DNA of 62,535 nt, the filler included, from Basidioascus undulatus (Eukaryota), in NCBI GenBank assembly GCA_000826855.1. It is 5 parts of 5 records of this genome, joined end to end, with 100 filler letters (N's around TTAATTAATTAA, not from the genome) between each part and the next. Parts side by side here need not be neighbours in the genome. Positions count along the whole stretch, not along the records: positions 37,624 to 50,046 come from JTLS01000911.1; positions 50,147 to 62,535 come from JTLS01000912.1; 3 more parts are not named here. One strand, 5' to 3'. A program made the position numbers and the translations under genes. The notes under the pieces were generated by a model that saw only the letters and a program-made list of their open reading frames with translations, had not been told where the DNA came from and ran no database searches. Of this stretch, positions 37,624 through 50,735 are shown one piece after another (position 1 is the first letter of the stretch; each line of letters begins with the position of its first letter).

Positions 37624-39187
37624 GGATCACCGCGAACGGGGGGAAGATCTACGATGTGGTGCGTTCTCCCACTCTCCTTCCCCTTCCCACCACCTCCTTC
37701 TTGTACCCGGGATGTTGACCTGGAGAGGGGCGCGGGCAGACGAGCTTCCTCGCGGACCATCCTGGAGGGGACGACCTGATCCTGCAGTATGCAGGCAAGG
37801 ATGTCGACGAGGCGATGCGCGCCCGGGGGCCTGAGGCGGGCGGGCACGAGCACTCGGACTCGGCGTGGGCGATGCTGGACGAGTTTGTTGTGGGCCGGGT
37901 GGAGAACGGGGCGCGGACGATCAATGAGAGTACGTTGGTCTTCCTCGTTCCCGCTGTCCTCCCTCTCCCACTGTCCTCCCTCTCCCCTCCTCCGCTTTCT
38001 CTGCCTACTCCCCCTTTCACCCCTCCCACCCCCTGCCTCCTCCTCCGCTCTGTTTAAAGCGATACTGATACTGTGGGTATTGGACAGACTGGGAAGCGAC
38101 GGACGACTTCCACCCGGAGGACTCTGACCCGCACGCCGACTATCAAAAGTCGCAGTTCCTCGACCTGTCCAAGCCGCTCGTCCCCCAGATGTGGGAGGCC
38201 AACTTTTCCAAGAACTTCTACCTCGAGCAGGTGCACCAGCCGCGGCACCTCAAGGAGTCCGCGAGGCTCTTCGGGCCTTGGTACCTCGAGGTTCGTCTCC
38301 CATATCTCTTTTCCTTTGTTCTCATATCTAATTTTAATGGCCGGATCCTCCACAGATCTTCACCCGCACATCCTGGTACATGGTGCCGCTCGTCTGGCTG
38401 CCCATCACAGCGTACCTCTTCCGGCTGTCCGTCTCTCAGTTCCAAGCGGTGCACGGTTACCCGTCGGGGACGGCGCTCGCGCTGACGGGCGCCAACTTTG
38501 TGCTCGGCAACATTATCTGGACGCTGCTCGAGTACGGCATGCACCGCTTCCTCTTCCATCTCGACTACTACCTCCCCGACCGCCCCGTCGCGCTCCTCCT
38601 CCACTTCTTGCTCCACGGCATCCACCACTACCTCCCTATGGACCGGTGCGTTTTTCCTCTTTCCGAATTTGGACTCCGGAACTTCGAACACTGAAGCAAC
38701 CCTCTCTGCAGCCTCCGCCTCGTCATGCCCCCCCTCCTCTTCACCCTCCTCCAATACCCCTTCACCACGCTCGCGCACGTCCTCTTCCCCAAAGCGATGG
38801 CAAACGGCATCATCTCCGGTGCCTTTGCGTTCTGTGCGGCCCTTCTCCCTCTCCCTCTCCTGCGCTTTCACCCCCGGCTCTCTTTAATGAACAATTCACG
38901 CTTACACGTCGTCGCTCGCTCCCAGACGTCCTCTACGACGTGATGCACTACGCGCTGCACCACACGCGCTTGCCCGCGTACGTGCGCGAGCAGAAGGCGT
39001 ACCACCTCGCGCACCACTACAAGAATGTGCGTCTCTCCCCCTTCTCCTTTCCCTTCCTCCCCCCCCCTTTCTCCCAGCCCACCTCGTCTCGGGACTGATT
39101 TGCGTGAAAACGCAGTTCGACCTCGGCTACGGCGTGACGAGCAAGTTCTGGGATGTCGTGTTCAACACGGAGCTCAAGCTCAAGTAA
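37624..39187 (+). CDS. SCS7: Sphingolipid fatty-acid 2-hydroxylase (cytochrome b5 + hydroxylase domain); 5' truncated
   Basis: KIYDV..HPGG heme motif; YLEQVHQPRH, EYGMHRFLFH, HGIHHYLPMD, HYALHH, HLAHHYKN, GYGVTSKFWD. Confidence 0.95.
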
Positions 39188-40403
39188 ACACTTTGCTCCC
39201 CTGTCCTTCTCCCCCTCTCGCTTCTCTTCCCCACCTCTTCCCCTTCTCTCATCCCCACTCTCTTATCGCATGCACCACACACGCACACACGCACGCGCGG
39301 ACAGGACTTTCACTCGCTTTGCTTCGCTTTGCTTCGCTTTCTTCTCTCCGCGCATTTTTCACAGTTGATCTGTTCATTCTTCGTTTGTCCCTTTGACGTT
39401 GTGGCCTCATATCCATGTATTGCACTCGCTTGTGTCTAGAACACCACACTTAATTGCGCGTCGCTATGCTCGGGCATGCTCTTTCAGCTGGATCATGGTT
39501 CGCGCGGTCGCTGGTTTACCTCAGACTGTTGAAGTACGGATGTTCTGCAGTCTGGCACACTCGTCCATCAGCGTTACGGAAGTGCGACTTGGTGCACGGG
39601 AAGTTGTGATTGAACAGCGTGTCATGGCGCCCAGTTACGGTTGGCAGCTGGCAGGCACCCCCGAACGTCGAACCTTGCTCAAGCAGCGATTGACCAGTCG
39701 GGCCAGTTTCCACACTTGCATGTGCCCATCGCTCCATCTCGCATTCCCATCCTCCATTCTCGCTTGTTCCACCCATACCCAACCACGATACCCGGCGATA
39801 TCCTGAGAGGAAGAGGGGAAGAGGCAGTAGCAAGTTTTGGCATGTGAGGCCTTTCTGACGCGTTTCGGTTTCGGGGAGCGAAGGCGATGTTGCGGGTCCT
39901 TAACGGGGTGATTCGAGGGGTAGACTAGCATAATTCCTCTCTGATTTTCATCATCGGATTTGGGAGGGCGTCGGGCCTACGTAAACGTAAGGCGTTAGAA
40001 CAAGGAGGTGAGTCGCTGTGCGGGAAGGGCAAGGGGAAGGGGCTGACCGCTGCCTGCTGCTGCTCAGTACATCCGCCCGCGCCCCGTACTCTCTGTGCGG
40101 GAACCGCGACCTGAGTTTCTTGGAATTGATCGTAGAGCTTGTGGGAGAGGCTCGAACATTGTGAGTCTTGGGTTGTTGAAATTGAGGCGATTGAGCGGAG
40201 GAGAGGAGGACGGGGCTGTGTCTGTGGGAGGCGGCGCTGGGCTTCTTGAACGGGGTGGGTTCAGGCTGGACACTCCGCCGTCCGCGACATCATGAAGGGG
40301 CAGGACGGTGGAGATTATTCACTTTCCATGCAATCTCCTTCTGTTCTCTCCTTCCCGTTCGCTCACCTCCCCATCGCGCACCGCACAGTGCCCACTACCC
40401 ACC

Positions 40404-41841
40404 ATGCGACCCACGCCCACGCGCCGCCTGCTCCTCCCCCTCCTCGTCTTATCCTCCCCCGCCGCCCTCGCCCAGTCCATCACCGTCCGCGCCACCACGC
40501 CCGACTCATGGACCGCCTGCGCGTCAGAGACGTTCGAGTGGACGTACAGCGGGCCGTCCGACTCGGACGTGCTCATGGTGTGCCCCACTCACCCTCGAGA
40601 CCAAATAAGATGAGACAGCGTGTGCTGATAGCGGGGTGGGGTGGGGTGTGGGGTGGAACAGACATTGTATATCACAAATAGGAATATCCAGCAGCCTGAG
40701 GGGTTCTCGGGCGAGGACGTCCTCGAGACGATTAGCACGACTGTGCCCATTGTGGATGGGAGGTATACTTGGAATCGGGTGCTGGCTTATCCGGGCGGAA
40801 GGTGCGTTTGTTCCTCATCTGTACCCTCTTTTCTGGTGTCTGACAGTGTGGGGAGAACAGCTACGCCCTTGGCTTCTTCTCTACGGGCGACGAGAAGCTC
40901 GTGAACGTCGCGACGTCAGTTTTCCCCGTCGACGCGCGCTCAGGGACGTCCCTGTCCTGCCTGAGCGCACTCGACCTAGGCTCCTCTTCCTCCCCATCCA
41001 CCGCATCAACCCCCTCCTCCTCTGCCCGTCCTTCTTCCACCATCTCCTCCACCCGCTCCGCCACCCCTTCCTCTTCCTCTTCTTCCGCGCCCGCCCGAAC
41101 ATCCTTCTCCTCCTCCTCTGCGGCCTCCTCCTCTGCGGCCCCTGCGCCCACCTCGGACTCCGGCACCGCTGCGGGAGGGGGAGGCGGCACGTCGCCCGCG
41201 GGTAAGATCGCGGGTGGCGTGATTGGCGGTCTGGCAGCTGTGGCGCTCGTGGGCTTCTTCGCGCTGTGGATGCGCCGCCGCCAGGCGCGCCAGCGCGGGG
41301 CGTTCGCGGACGATAAGTTCATGGTGCGCTTTCTCCAAGTCCTCTCTTTCTTCGTTTCATGCTTTGCATGCTGAATTTCGAGGCCGCACCACAGCAAAAC
41401 TGGCAGGACTCCGCCTCCCACTCCGGCGGCGATGGCGGGCCCCCCACGCGCTCGCGCATGCACTCGGGCGCGGCGCTCGCCGCCCTCGCTACAGCCGCCG
41501 TCGTCCCGCTGCACCACAACCGCCGGGGGACGTCCTCCACGTCTACCGCCTTCGCCCCTCGGTCCAGCACCACGCCCGGCGAAGAGAAAGCCGAGTCGGA
41601 TGAGTCGCACTCGCACTCGCACCTGCCGTACCTCTCCGCCTCGTCCCCGCCCCCCGCACACCACCACGAGCGCCGCCCGAGCGTAAAACGCAAGCCTGTG
41701 CCGCTCGCGGAGGTCAAGCGCGCGGAGCGCGAGGCGCGGGAGGAGGGCGCACGGAGGAGAGAGTCTGCGGCCAGCCCCGGCCTGGCCCAGGGCCAGGGCG
41801 TGCATATGCTTGTGCCGGATGCGCCGCTGAGGGAGGACTAG
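40404..41841 (+). CDS. Type I membrane protein: signal peptide, beta-rich domain, Ser-rich stalk, TM helix, cytoplasmic tail (Mid2/Wsc-like topology)
   Basis: LLLPLLVLSSPAALAQ signal; IAGGVIGGLAAVALVGFFALWMRRR TM; three canonical introns. Confidence 0.75.
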
Positions 41842-43224
41842 GGATAGAGAGGGTGGTGCTGGGGCTGTTGCTGTTGTTTGGCTGTGCGTTTGTTTGTTTG
41901 TATCTCGTGTTGTGCTGCCGTACTTTGCTGCGTGATTTATGTCGCACTTTCGGTGTTGTTTTTTCGGCTCCCTCTGGTGGACATTCGGACATATTGACGC
42001 TTTTTGCTCCGTTACGTTGCGTTAACAGTTCGTAGCTTATCAAAACCTTGTGCCGAATGTGCATTTTGGTTGTAGCTGTCGATACGCGTAGACGCTCGGG
42101 CGCGGTCCTGCCTCAATGCCTTCAATGGTTTCTCTATTACTTATTGTAGCCGTTTAAGAAGAATACTTGTCAGTGAGCGCGGCCGCAGGTGACGAGCGAG
42201 TAAAATTGCGTGAAAGTGGGCGAGCGCAGCTCGACCTGCCACTCTGCCCCCCTCCGGGGCTCAGATTCACGTGTGACTTTATCTGTTGTAGACTAACGTG
42301 GTAAACCGTCCGATTGATTTATATCCAGCATTGAAAATTTTAGTAGGAACCACGGGTGAGAAAATCACAGACAACAGCCTGCACTGCAGCCTGCAAGTGG
42401 CCATGGCACTGGCCAGCTGGCATTTGCGCTGCTCGACCTCCCGGTCTGACTGCCTCTGGGGCTCATTCTTGTGCATAGATTTCTCAACTGTGATATTAAC
42501 GAGGGCAAAAGATTGAGAACTTAAAAGATGCGGTATTGGGCATTTCAGTGCGAAACGAAGTTGAGGAAATAACAGACGGCAATGCAGCTACTGACAGCGA
42601 GTGGCAGTCTTGTGCTTCACAGATCTTCCGAACGGATAGAGAATGGTGTGTGTGTGTGAGAGATACTAATTTCCATTTAGTTCAGTTCCTGGCCGCGGAA
42701 GAAAATTTGGACCGGGGAAGGTCTCAGGTCTGGGACATTGTGTCACAAAGGGGTGTGCGGTCACAGCGCCTGCTTGACGACCTCCTTTCATTCCTTCGCA
42801 ATTGGGCGCATACTGGAATTACAGTTACCATCTGATCTGCTCCGACTTCTCCAAGCTTCTCGATACTCATTCTTGTAGTATCAGCATGAATGAAACACCA
42901 GCGCAGTGAAGGTGCGAATTGCTTGCGTGTCGAGCAGACGTAGCGGAATTGAGACGGTGTGGGGCTGTCTCCTTCGAATGGCCCGCCGCACGCGCCGGCG
43001 CATTTCTTCCCGCTTCCTAGGGCCTGACTGAACCCGGATGCGAATTGCGACTTGCGAGCCTGAGCAACTTGGCCATCTTCCACCTCCATGCGGTCCTCCC
43101 AGTCGCCTTATCGTCCATCCTCGGCCACCTGCTGAATGTCCGCCGCCGCCACTGTCGTTACTCGCTCGGGCCCGACAGCTATCGAGGATGCTGTACGCGG
43201 TCCTCTAGCTGAATACGAGAGTCG

Positions 43225-44700
43225 GTGCTGAGGAGGATGGTGTCGCTTGCAGCTCGCTCCGTTTTGCTTGGGACGCTGGGGTCAGGGTTCGGACTGCAAG
43301 TCGGGCAGCCCTCCGTCCTTTGGAATGTGCAGCTCATCGTGATCTTGCGCCCACAGTGGCATCGTCCTCGCGCAAGCCTTCTTCTACATGCGGAAGTACG
43401 CGACAGACGGGTGGGCGATCCGGGGACTGGCAAGCTCATTGCTGGTTGCTCTTACACCCTGCCGCGCTGCTTATGGCAGGTCACGCTTGTCGTCCTGCTC
43501 AACATTGCGCAGACCGCAGTCGATTTCTCCCGCTTCTACAAAGTGCGCGGTTCGAACGCTGCCCGGAACCGTCTGATCCTCGTCTGACGAGGCGCTCCAG
43601 ATCTTCGTCCTCTCAACTTCGCGTCGTTCATGTTCTTCCTGCGACCCCGCTGCGAGGACAGCATCTCGCCCGGGCTTGGAGCGTGCGTGGCGGCGCTCAC
43701 GCAGGGCCTTCTTGCTCGCCGAGTCTGCTCGTTTGTCGATCGTGGGAAGCGGGTTCTGGAAGCGGGGTTTGGGTTGGGCATTCTGGTCGCACTCGTACGT
43801 CCTGGCATACCGCTGTACCGTAGGGACTATGGCTTAGCCGTGCTCGAGATGCGGGGGAAGGTCTCTGGCATTTGGACTGCAATACGCATCGGGCAGGTGG
43901 ACTCCTTGTTCGACCTGAATGCGAACAGTGATCCGATGTGAGGCAGGCATTGACGGCGATGCTTAAACGCTGGATGCTGACTGGGAGCTGCGCAGCTTAC
44001 GCAAGATCGAGCCTACATGGCTAATATCCTCTTCGGTGAGCTGTAATCGGTCGGTCGGCCGTCCTCTCAGCCTTGATCGCGTTTGACGATGGTGTGAGGC
44101 AGGTCGTTGACGTATTCCTCGCCGCCACCTTGACATGGGAGCTGCATCGGTACAAGAACGACTTGCCGTGGACAACCGATATGCTGCACACTCTCATTAC
44201 AATCACGGCGACCACGGGAATCTTGGTCACAGCGTAAGGTCCTCGCTGTTAAGCAGGTGAAACTCCGATCTGACTCCCACCATCTTGCAGCGTTCAACTT
44301 ATCTCCTTGATTCTCTACTACACCACGTCCCCACGCATCCTGCCGACAGCCAGTCTTGACGCCCCCAGTTGCTGACAGTCTTACCATCCCCGTTCCTGCA
44401 GACCGAACACCTCCTGGACCTACATGCTCTTCCTCGTCCTCCCAAAAATTTATGGCTCGACCCTCCTTCTTTCCATCACCTCTCCACGACACATGGCCGA
44501 GCGACACGCCCAGACCGGCACGTCCATCCCGCTCGAGCCGAAAACTGCGAGCTCTGCGCGCACGGGTTGCCGCGGGAGCGCCACCATGTTCGGCGAGCGC
44601 ACGCCCTGGCAGGCGCCCGACGAGCAGTACAAACGCGACGGTGGTTTGGACACAGTACGAAATCATGAGATTGTTCCCCCGGGTCGGGCAGAGCACTGAC
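43225..44700 (+). pseudogene. Degenerate multi-pass membrane protein, DUF6534-like (copy 1)
   Basis: Hydrophobic exons; VDVFLAATLTWELHRYK..TDMLHTLITITATTGILVT; frameshifts. Confidence 0.5.
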
Positions 44701-45327
44701 TGTGGTTTCGCCCGCCCACTCGCAGTACCTGTTCGTTCCGACGCCAGTCCACACCCAGCTCAATCAGCTGCTACCCGCCAATACCGCTGGCACCGCCCCC
44801 GCTGGCGCATGACCAGCTTCCTAGGTTTCGCTCCCACAGCCGCGAGCGCGAACTCCCGGCCGCTACACGGTCGCACCAACGCGAGGCTTGATCCGGAGAC
44901 TGTTACTTTCGGGGGAAGGGGGACGAGCAAGCAGAGCCGGGCGTAGAAGGACGGTCGCAGCGGTATTCATGGAGATGACCTTACATACCCGCTCTCTTTG
45001 GATTGATTCTACTTCTGTATTTGTATAGTTGTGTCTCTACAGCTCATGGACTTGCGAGCACTGCTCCATGCGCTGCAACCTGGCGGCGGACGTCTGCCTT
45101 CTCGAATGGAGGCTCTCGTCGCGTAAGAGCTCTCATTGCGAGATCGCCCATCCAATTCACATAAGAAGCGGCTCCGTCATACGCCTCGCTGTCCAGGGGA
45201 ACTCGCGTTCAGCCCAACGATCTGGCGCTCGTTCCTGGTCTTGATTTGGGAGCACTCCGGCGTTTCGTTCCACAATCACAACCATGTCGGCGCCTTCGTT
45301 TCCAGACCTGTGTCCTGACAAAGTAGT

Positions 45328-46980
45328 ATGTTTCCTCCCGTATCACTAGGGTCTCCCCGTGATGGAATTAGCAACGCTGAAGCGAGTGTGAGGAGCGACG
45401 CAGCTCGGTCCATTCTTTCTGGTCTTGTCGGCTCTGCTTTTGGGCTGCGAGTTTTGTTTATTGTAGTATCAGAGGTGTAGATAGATTCTGGATATGCTCT
45501 TCTGTTGCAGCCGCTTGGTCTTTTCGGTTGCCTACATGTATCTGAGCAGCCCGCCGTTGGCGGGTGGCTCGTCAAGGCCTGGAGCGTGGGCGAAACGACG
45601 ATCAAAGGAATATGCGGCTGACAGCTATTAAATGGCCAGGCCATTATTTCAGTCCTGCTGGACACTGTCCAGACGGCAGTCGGTGTCTCTTGCATTTACA
45701 AGGTACGCTGTCGCCAAGCGTGAGGCCCTCGGGAAGGATTCTTGCTTACACGGGGGTCCGTTTGTCGGCAGATCTTCATTATCAACTTCGGGTCCTTCCC
45801 ATACTTCCTCCGACCCCGCGCCGAGGACGCGGTCTCCCCATCGCTGGGCGTAGTCATCGCGGCGATGGCGCAGGTGTTCCTTGCACGCAGAGTGTGCGCG
45901 TTCACTGGAGCTGGTCTCGCTCCAGGTCGTTCTCGCGCTTGCGATTGTCTTCACTTCAGTGCATAAACCTGCACTTCAAGAATTGAACAGTCGGAGCCTT
46001 CTCAATACCCTTGGAGAGGACAGGCGGTGGGAGTATGGACCGCCATGAGAATCGTCGAAGTCAACTCTTTCGCCGACCTATGTATCGGCCGAACCTGGAC
46101 AAGGTGTAGACGAGACGAAGGGACCCCCGAGCTGATATTTGGTCTGAAATGCAGCTTCGGAGTGCTTGATCCCCTGTGGCTTGTTTCCTCCACGGTGCGC
46201 CTAAAGTCGCCTTCAGGACAAGTTCGGCGCGGATCCGCCTACAGGCCCTCGACATCGGGTTGTCGGCCGCGCTCCCGCTCGAGCTTAGCCGGCCGCGAAG
46301 CCACGTCGATTGGGCTAACGACGTCTTGCACACCGTTCTCGGGCTCACGCTGGGTTCCGGTCTGCTCGTCACCTCGTGCGTGGGCTTTGGTCGTGTGCTC
46401 CTCGCTGAAGAAGCCAGTTGTTGAACATGATATGCCCACAGAATCCAGATCATCACGCTCATTCTCTATTACACCAAGTAGGAAGAATTTCAATTCTCGG
46501 TCGAGTCCCCGTGTTGAAGGAATCGCCCCTGAAGGCCTCAGACATCCTTTACCTACCTGCTCTACCTTATCCTTCCAAAATTTACACCTTCACACTCATT
46601 ACGTCGATCATCTCTCCCCAATACGTGGATTCCGGAATCTCCGTCCCATTCACCACCCGTCCGAGCCAACGCAGCAAAGGCAGCATCGCGAAGCGCCTGT
46701 CGAGCATCGACACGGCGCCGGATCGCGCGCGCTAAGGAGGGCGTCGGCGAAGATCTGGCGCTGGTGGAGAGAACGAAGATGATCGCTTCGGTGGAAGGTC
46801 TGGTGCGTCTGCGACTTGGTACACGGGACTGCGCATTCTCTGATCCGGCCTCACAGGATGCGCTGTCTCGTCGCTCCGAGCCTCACTCTTCCCAAGGCAG
46901 CCTCTATCCTCCCACGCCCCTCGCACCGCCTCCTATTAGGGGGGTCCTGCGCCGACGACTATCCGAAAGGAGTCCGGGTG
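45328..46980 (+). pseudogene. Degenerate multi-pass membrane protein, DUF6534-like (copy 2)
   Basis: Paralogous blocks to copy 1; LDIGLSAALPLELSR..NDVLHTVLGLTLGSGLLVT; in-frame stops. Confidence 0.5.
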
Positions 46981-47373
46981 ACGCTACAGCCTCCGAAGAA
47001 TAGATTCGCCAGGCTCGACGACCCGACGGGAACGTTCGGGACAGGTGAAGAAGAGCAGCCGGAGGTGGGCAAGGCTGTTTAATTGGTCGCACTTCGGGAC
47101 AGAGGACAGAGCTTGAGTTTTCGTTGTGCAATGAAGTAATGAAATCTTTTAACATCTTGATGTCTTTGGCGATGTGCGGTCTCGAAAAATGCAGTTATTA
47201 GGGCAAAGCAGAAACGGCCGACTGTCACATCCGTTCTCGTTGCAAATTTTCACTTTGGCACGCACAATGCAAGCTTTCAAATTCTTGCCGCAGCGCATTG
47301 GAATGTTGTAGATTTCCAAAACCTCTACCGCGTCAAGCCCAGCTCGAAAGACAAAGAAACACCCTTCGCCTTG

Positions 47374-48494
47374 CTACAGCGCCGCCAGTCCCTTCTTGAT
47401 GAAAGCCTTCGCCTGCACCGCGTCCTCCCCCTTAGCGTACTCTGGCCATTTCGCTAAGACCTTATCCAGCTCCATCCTCGCGGCCTCCAGGACGCCCCTG
47501 GTCCCCTTCCCGCCATACGTAACGTCTGTCGAGCGCATGATAGCGGTGTGCTCGCCCATCACAGCGCGAAGGACAAGGTGCTCGTCCTCGTCCGGTCGGT
47601 ACGCGAGGTAGTCGGCCATGGCTAGCCGTGAATCGGCCGGGGAGCGGAAGGTCGCTTCGTGTGTGCGCACCGCGGAGCGGTAAAACTCGCGGTAATGGTA
47701 TGGGAGGAATTGAAAGGTGTACGATGTAGAGGCGAAGGGGAACGGCGCGCGTCGGCAGGTGGAACCGCTGCTCCAGTCGATGAGGCTCAAATTTCCATCA
47801 GAGTAAACTGCCGAACTCTGCAAGCAGCGGGGGAGGGAAGAGCTCACCAGGTCAAATTGTATTTTTCATCGAAGAACAAGTTCCCAAAGTGAAGATCGCC
47901 GTGAACGACAGGGTACGGGCCGTGCGTAGGGATAGTGCTCGGCAGTTTGCGCGGCAAGCGACCGTATGAGGAGCATTAGACGAGGTCGATCTCGCTCGGT
48001 CCGTGCCCAAATAGCTGGCGCTCGACGCGGTGGTCGATCCGCTCGAGCGCGTACGCCGCCGTCGAGACCGGCAGCGGGATGGCTCGCGCCGAGCCAAGCG
48101 TCGGCGGGAGGAGACATCGTGCCGTACGTGAGAAGTACGACGAAGTGCGCGAGCTGATCGAGAAAGCGTTCGACGAACGCCACAGGAAGGTCGTCGATGG
48201 CTTCCCATAGCTCCCCACTTTCCTTCGCTTTCACCCAGTCCATGAGCAGGTACAGCGAGCCGATCACCCCTCCTCCAGTCTCATGCGCGGCGACGTGCGG
48301 CACCCGCAGGTGTTCCAGGTGCTCCGCTGCAAGCGAAAGAAACGCGACCTCGGTTTGGTCGTGCTCTGCTCCGCAGTGTCGTACGCGGGGGGCTCCAGCG
48401 TGCGGGGGGATGGGCACGGGGCCAAAGTCGCCAGTACGGCTTGACCAGAGTCGTTGACGAGAACATTCAGCTGTATGGCATGGTTTCGGTCCAT
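47374..48494 (-). pseudogene. APH-like phosphotransferase pseudogene
   Basis: TEVAFL..LRVPHV..YLLMDWV, VVHGDLHFGNLFFD and LIDW motifs distributed over several frames. Confidence 0.65.
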
Positions 48495-48699
48495 GCTTAT
48501 GTGAGAAACTTCGTTGTCCCGAATCGCCTATCTAGGTGAAGATGTTTGCACGCACAGCTTTTGAGATCACCGTGAATGACACCGGCCCGACGGAGAAACT
48601 GCATTCCAATGGCAACCTCGTGCAGCTGCCTTGCCCGGCCCATCAACAAATAGGACCAACAAGGAATCAATATTTAGGGGGAAATCAGAATGGACGTAC

Positions 48700-49900
48700 C
48701 AGCTGGAGGCGGTTGGCGGCCAGGTTGCGCTTGAGGTACTGCAGCGCGTGTTCGTTGCGCATGTACTGCGATACGATGAACGCGGGCTTGGGGAATGACA
48801 TTCAACGACAACCGACTGTAATAGAAAATAAATACCAGAGCTGTGTACCTGACAATGGGGGCGCTCACGCCAAAGAAGGGGAGGACATGGGGCGTGTGCC
48901 GCAGGGCCTGCCACGCCTCGATTTACTTGGCCAACAGCTTCCACAACAACAAATCATCAGCCCTAAAGCCAGGTTTATTGTACTCAGAGAAATGTATACC
49001 TCAGGTGATGCCTCCTTGATCAGTCGCTAAACCGCCACCGTCATCCCGTGCCAGGAACCCTTGAAGACGACGCCGAACCCACCCCGGCCGAGCGGAGACG
49101 ACTCGTCAATCTCGAGCTCGTCAGGCTGGATAATCCACGAAGGAGGCTTGGAAGAAGGGGCGGGGCGGAGAGAGAGGGTGGCAGAGTGTCCCGATAGAAC
49201 CTGTAAGGCGTGCTCGACAAAGACCTTCTGCGTGCCGCCGAGGTAGCAAGGTACCTGTTCCGAAGCAGGTCAACAAAGATCAGTCAAAAAGCGCGGTACA
49301 TCGGGGGTTATAGACGGATTGCATACGTTCTTCATCTCCCTCATCATACCCTTCATCTCCTCCTGCTCAGCATAAAGCATTCCGAGCGCGTCCAGAAGCC
49401 ACGTCGTTCTGCTCGAGGTTCGCAAGCTGCGCCTGCAGCGCCGCGTGGTCCTTCCGCTGCGCCGCCTCGTGCACGACCTGCGCCTGGCGGATCTCAATCT
49501 CGTTACCAATGTGGATGATTATCTCAGCTTGCATTATCAAAGACTGTGGAAGGGGAAGACGGAAGAAACAGACCTGGAAGATCGCGAGGCAGTCGTTCAG
49601 CTCCCGGTGGGCGTCCGCGAGTAAGGTCTTGATCTCCCCCGCTTGGACGATGCGTTTGAGAAGGTTCCTCTTCGAGAGCGTGGTTACGGTGTCAAGGACC
49701 TTTCCAAGAGTACTGCATCGAGAGTCTGCCATAGACAGCTCCCACGCGTTATTTTGACATCTTTTAGGGTTAAAAACGTAAGGATCAGCACTCTGCAAAT
49801 CAAAACCATGTCCTCGCTCCCCAAGTTGCGCTCAGCCCTGGCGCCGTTTGAAAGTCGAGCAACGAAGCACTGCCCCAGACGGCACACTAGGCTTCAACGT
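48700..49900 (-). pseudogene. Truncated MLKL-like (N-terminal helical bundle + TKL kinase) pseudogene
   Basis: KRNLLKRIVQAGEIKTLLADAHRELNDCLAIFQ helix; LGRGGFGVVFKGSWHGMTVAV* (TAG 49027-49029); LRHTPHVLPFFG; FIVSQYMRN. Confidence 0.7.
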
Positions 49901-50046
49901 CTGGTTCATGGCTCTCGCTAGCGAGGGCTTTCAGATCAACAGGCAGTCTCGAGCAACGAGAGGCGCCGCTCGAGCTCAACGAGCTGTCTTGAGCGACCAC
50001 ACCAGCAGCGCTGACCAAAGTCAACTCGCTCCCCAAAAGTGAAATG

Positions 50047-50146
50047 NNNNNNNNNNNNNNNNNNNNNNNNNNNNNNNNNNNNNNNNNNNNTTAATTAATT
50101 AANNNNNNNNNNNNNNNNNNNNNNNNNNNNNNNNNNNNNNNNNNNN
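50047..50146. other. Artificial contig spacer
   Basis: N44-TTAATTAATTAA-N44. Confidence 0.98.
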
Positions 50147-50735
50147 GGGGGGGGGGGGGGGGGGGAGAACGGTGAGCGGCAAGTATGGGTCCAGACTGGC
50201 TTCCTCAAATTTTGTCTGAAAGGACCCTCGTGGACTCCTCGAATCCCGGATACGGCAGCGCGTTAATTGAACCAAGTGCGCGACGGCCTGACATGGTGGG
50301 GTCGACTGCGACTGCGATGGAACAACGCGGCCTTCTTTCTACCTGGCGCAGCCATCCTTTAGGCTTCTCGAGCTAACATTTGACCAAAGGGCCGTGAATC
50401 TTCAAAATATTCGGTTGCTGACGCTGTACAACAGTGCCAGCCAGCCAACGAGGTCCTCTCAGAAACTCCTGCAGCCGGGTTCGGCTCGGGTCTCACTGAG
50501 GTTCTGCTCTTGTCTGGCCAAGATCTCGCTGAGCAACGACTGTGCGTTGCTATGCTCCATTGTGGGTTTGTTTATTTTCACTCTTTCCTAGAGTAACTTG
50601 TCACTGTATGTCTCATCGCGCTATCGTCAGCGGAAGTGTCGTCATGAGCCTCCACTTCCCCTGCAGCGATCGCAACCCCCTCAGAGACCTCGCTGGCTTC
50701 CTCCCTCTTCCCTCCCTAACTTCTCCCATCAACTC

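Noticed and set aside
39490..40290. Short minus-strand gene between SCS7 and the membrane protein
   Set aside because: Could not assemble a consistent exon chain or motif
50147..50165. Poly-G run as a telomere or G-quadruplex element
   Set aside because: Sits at a contig edge; most likely the homopolymer that broke the assembly
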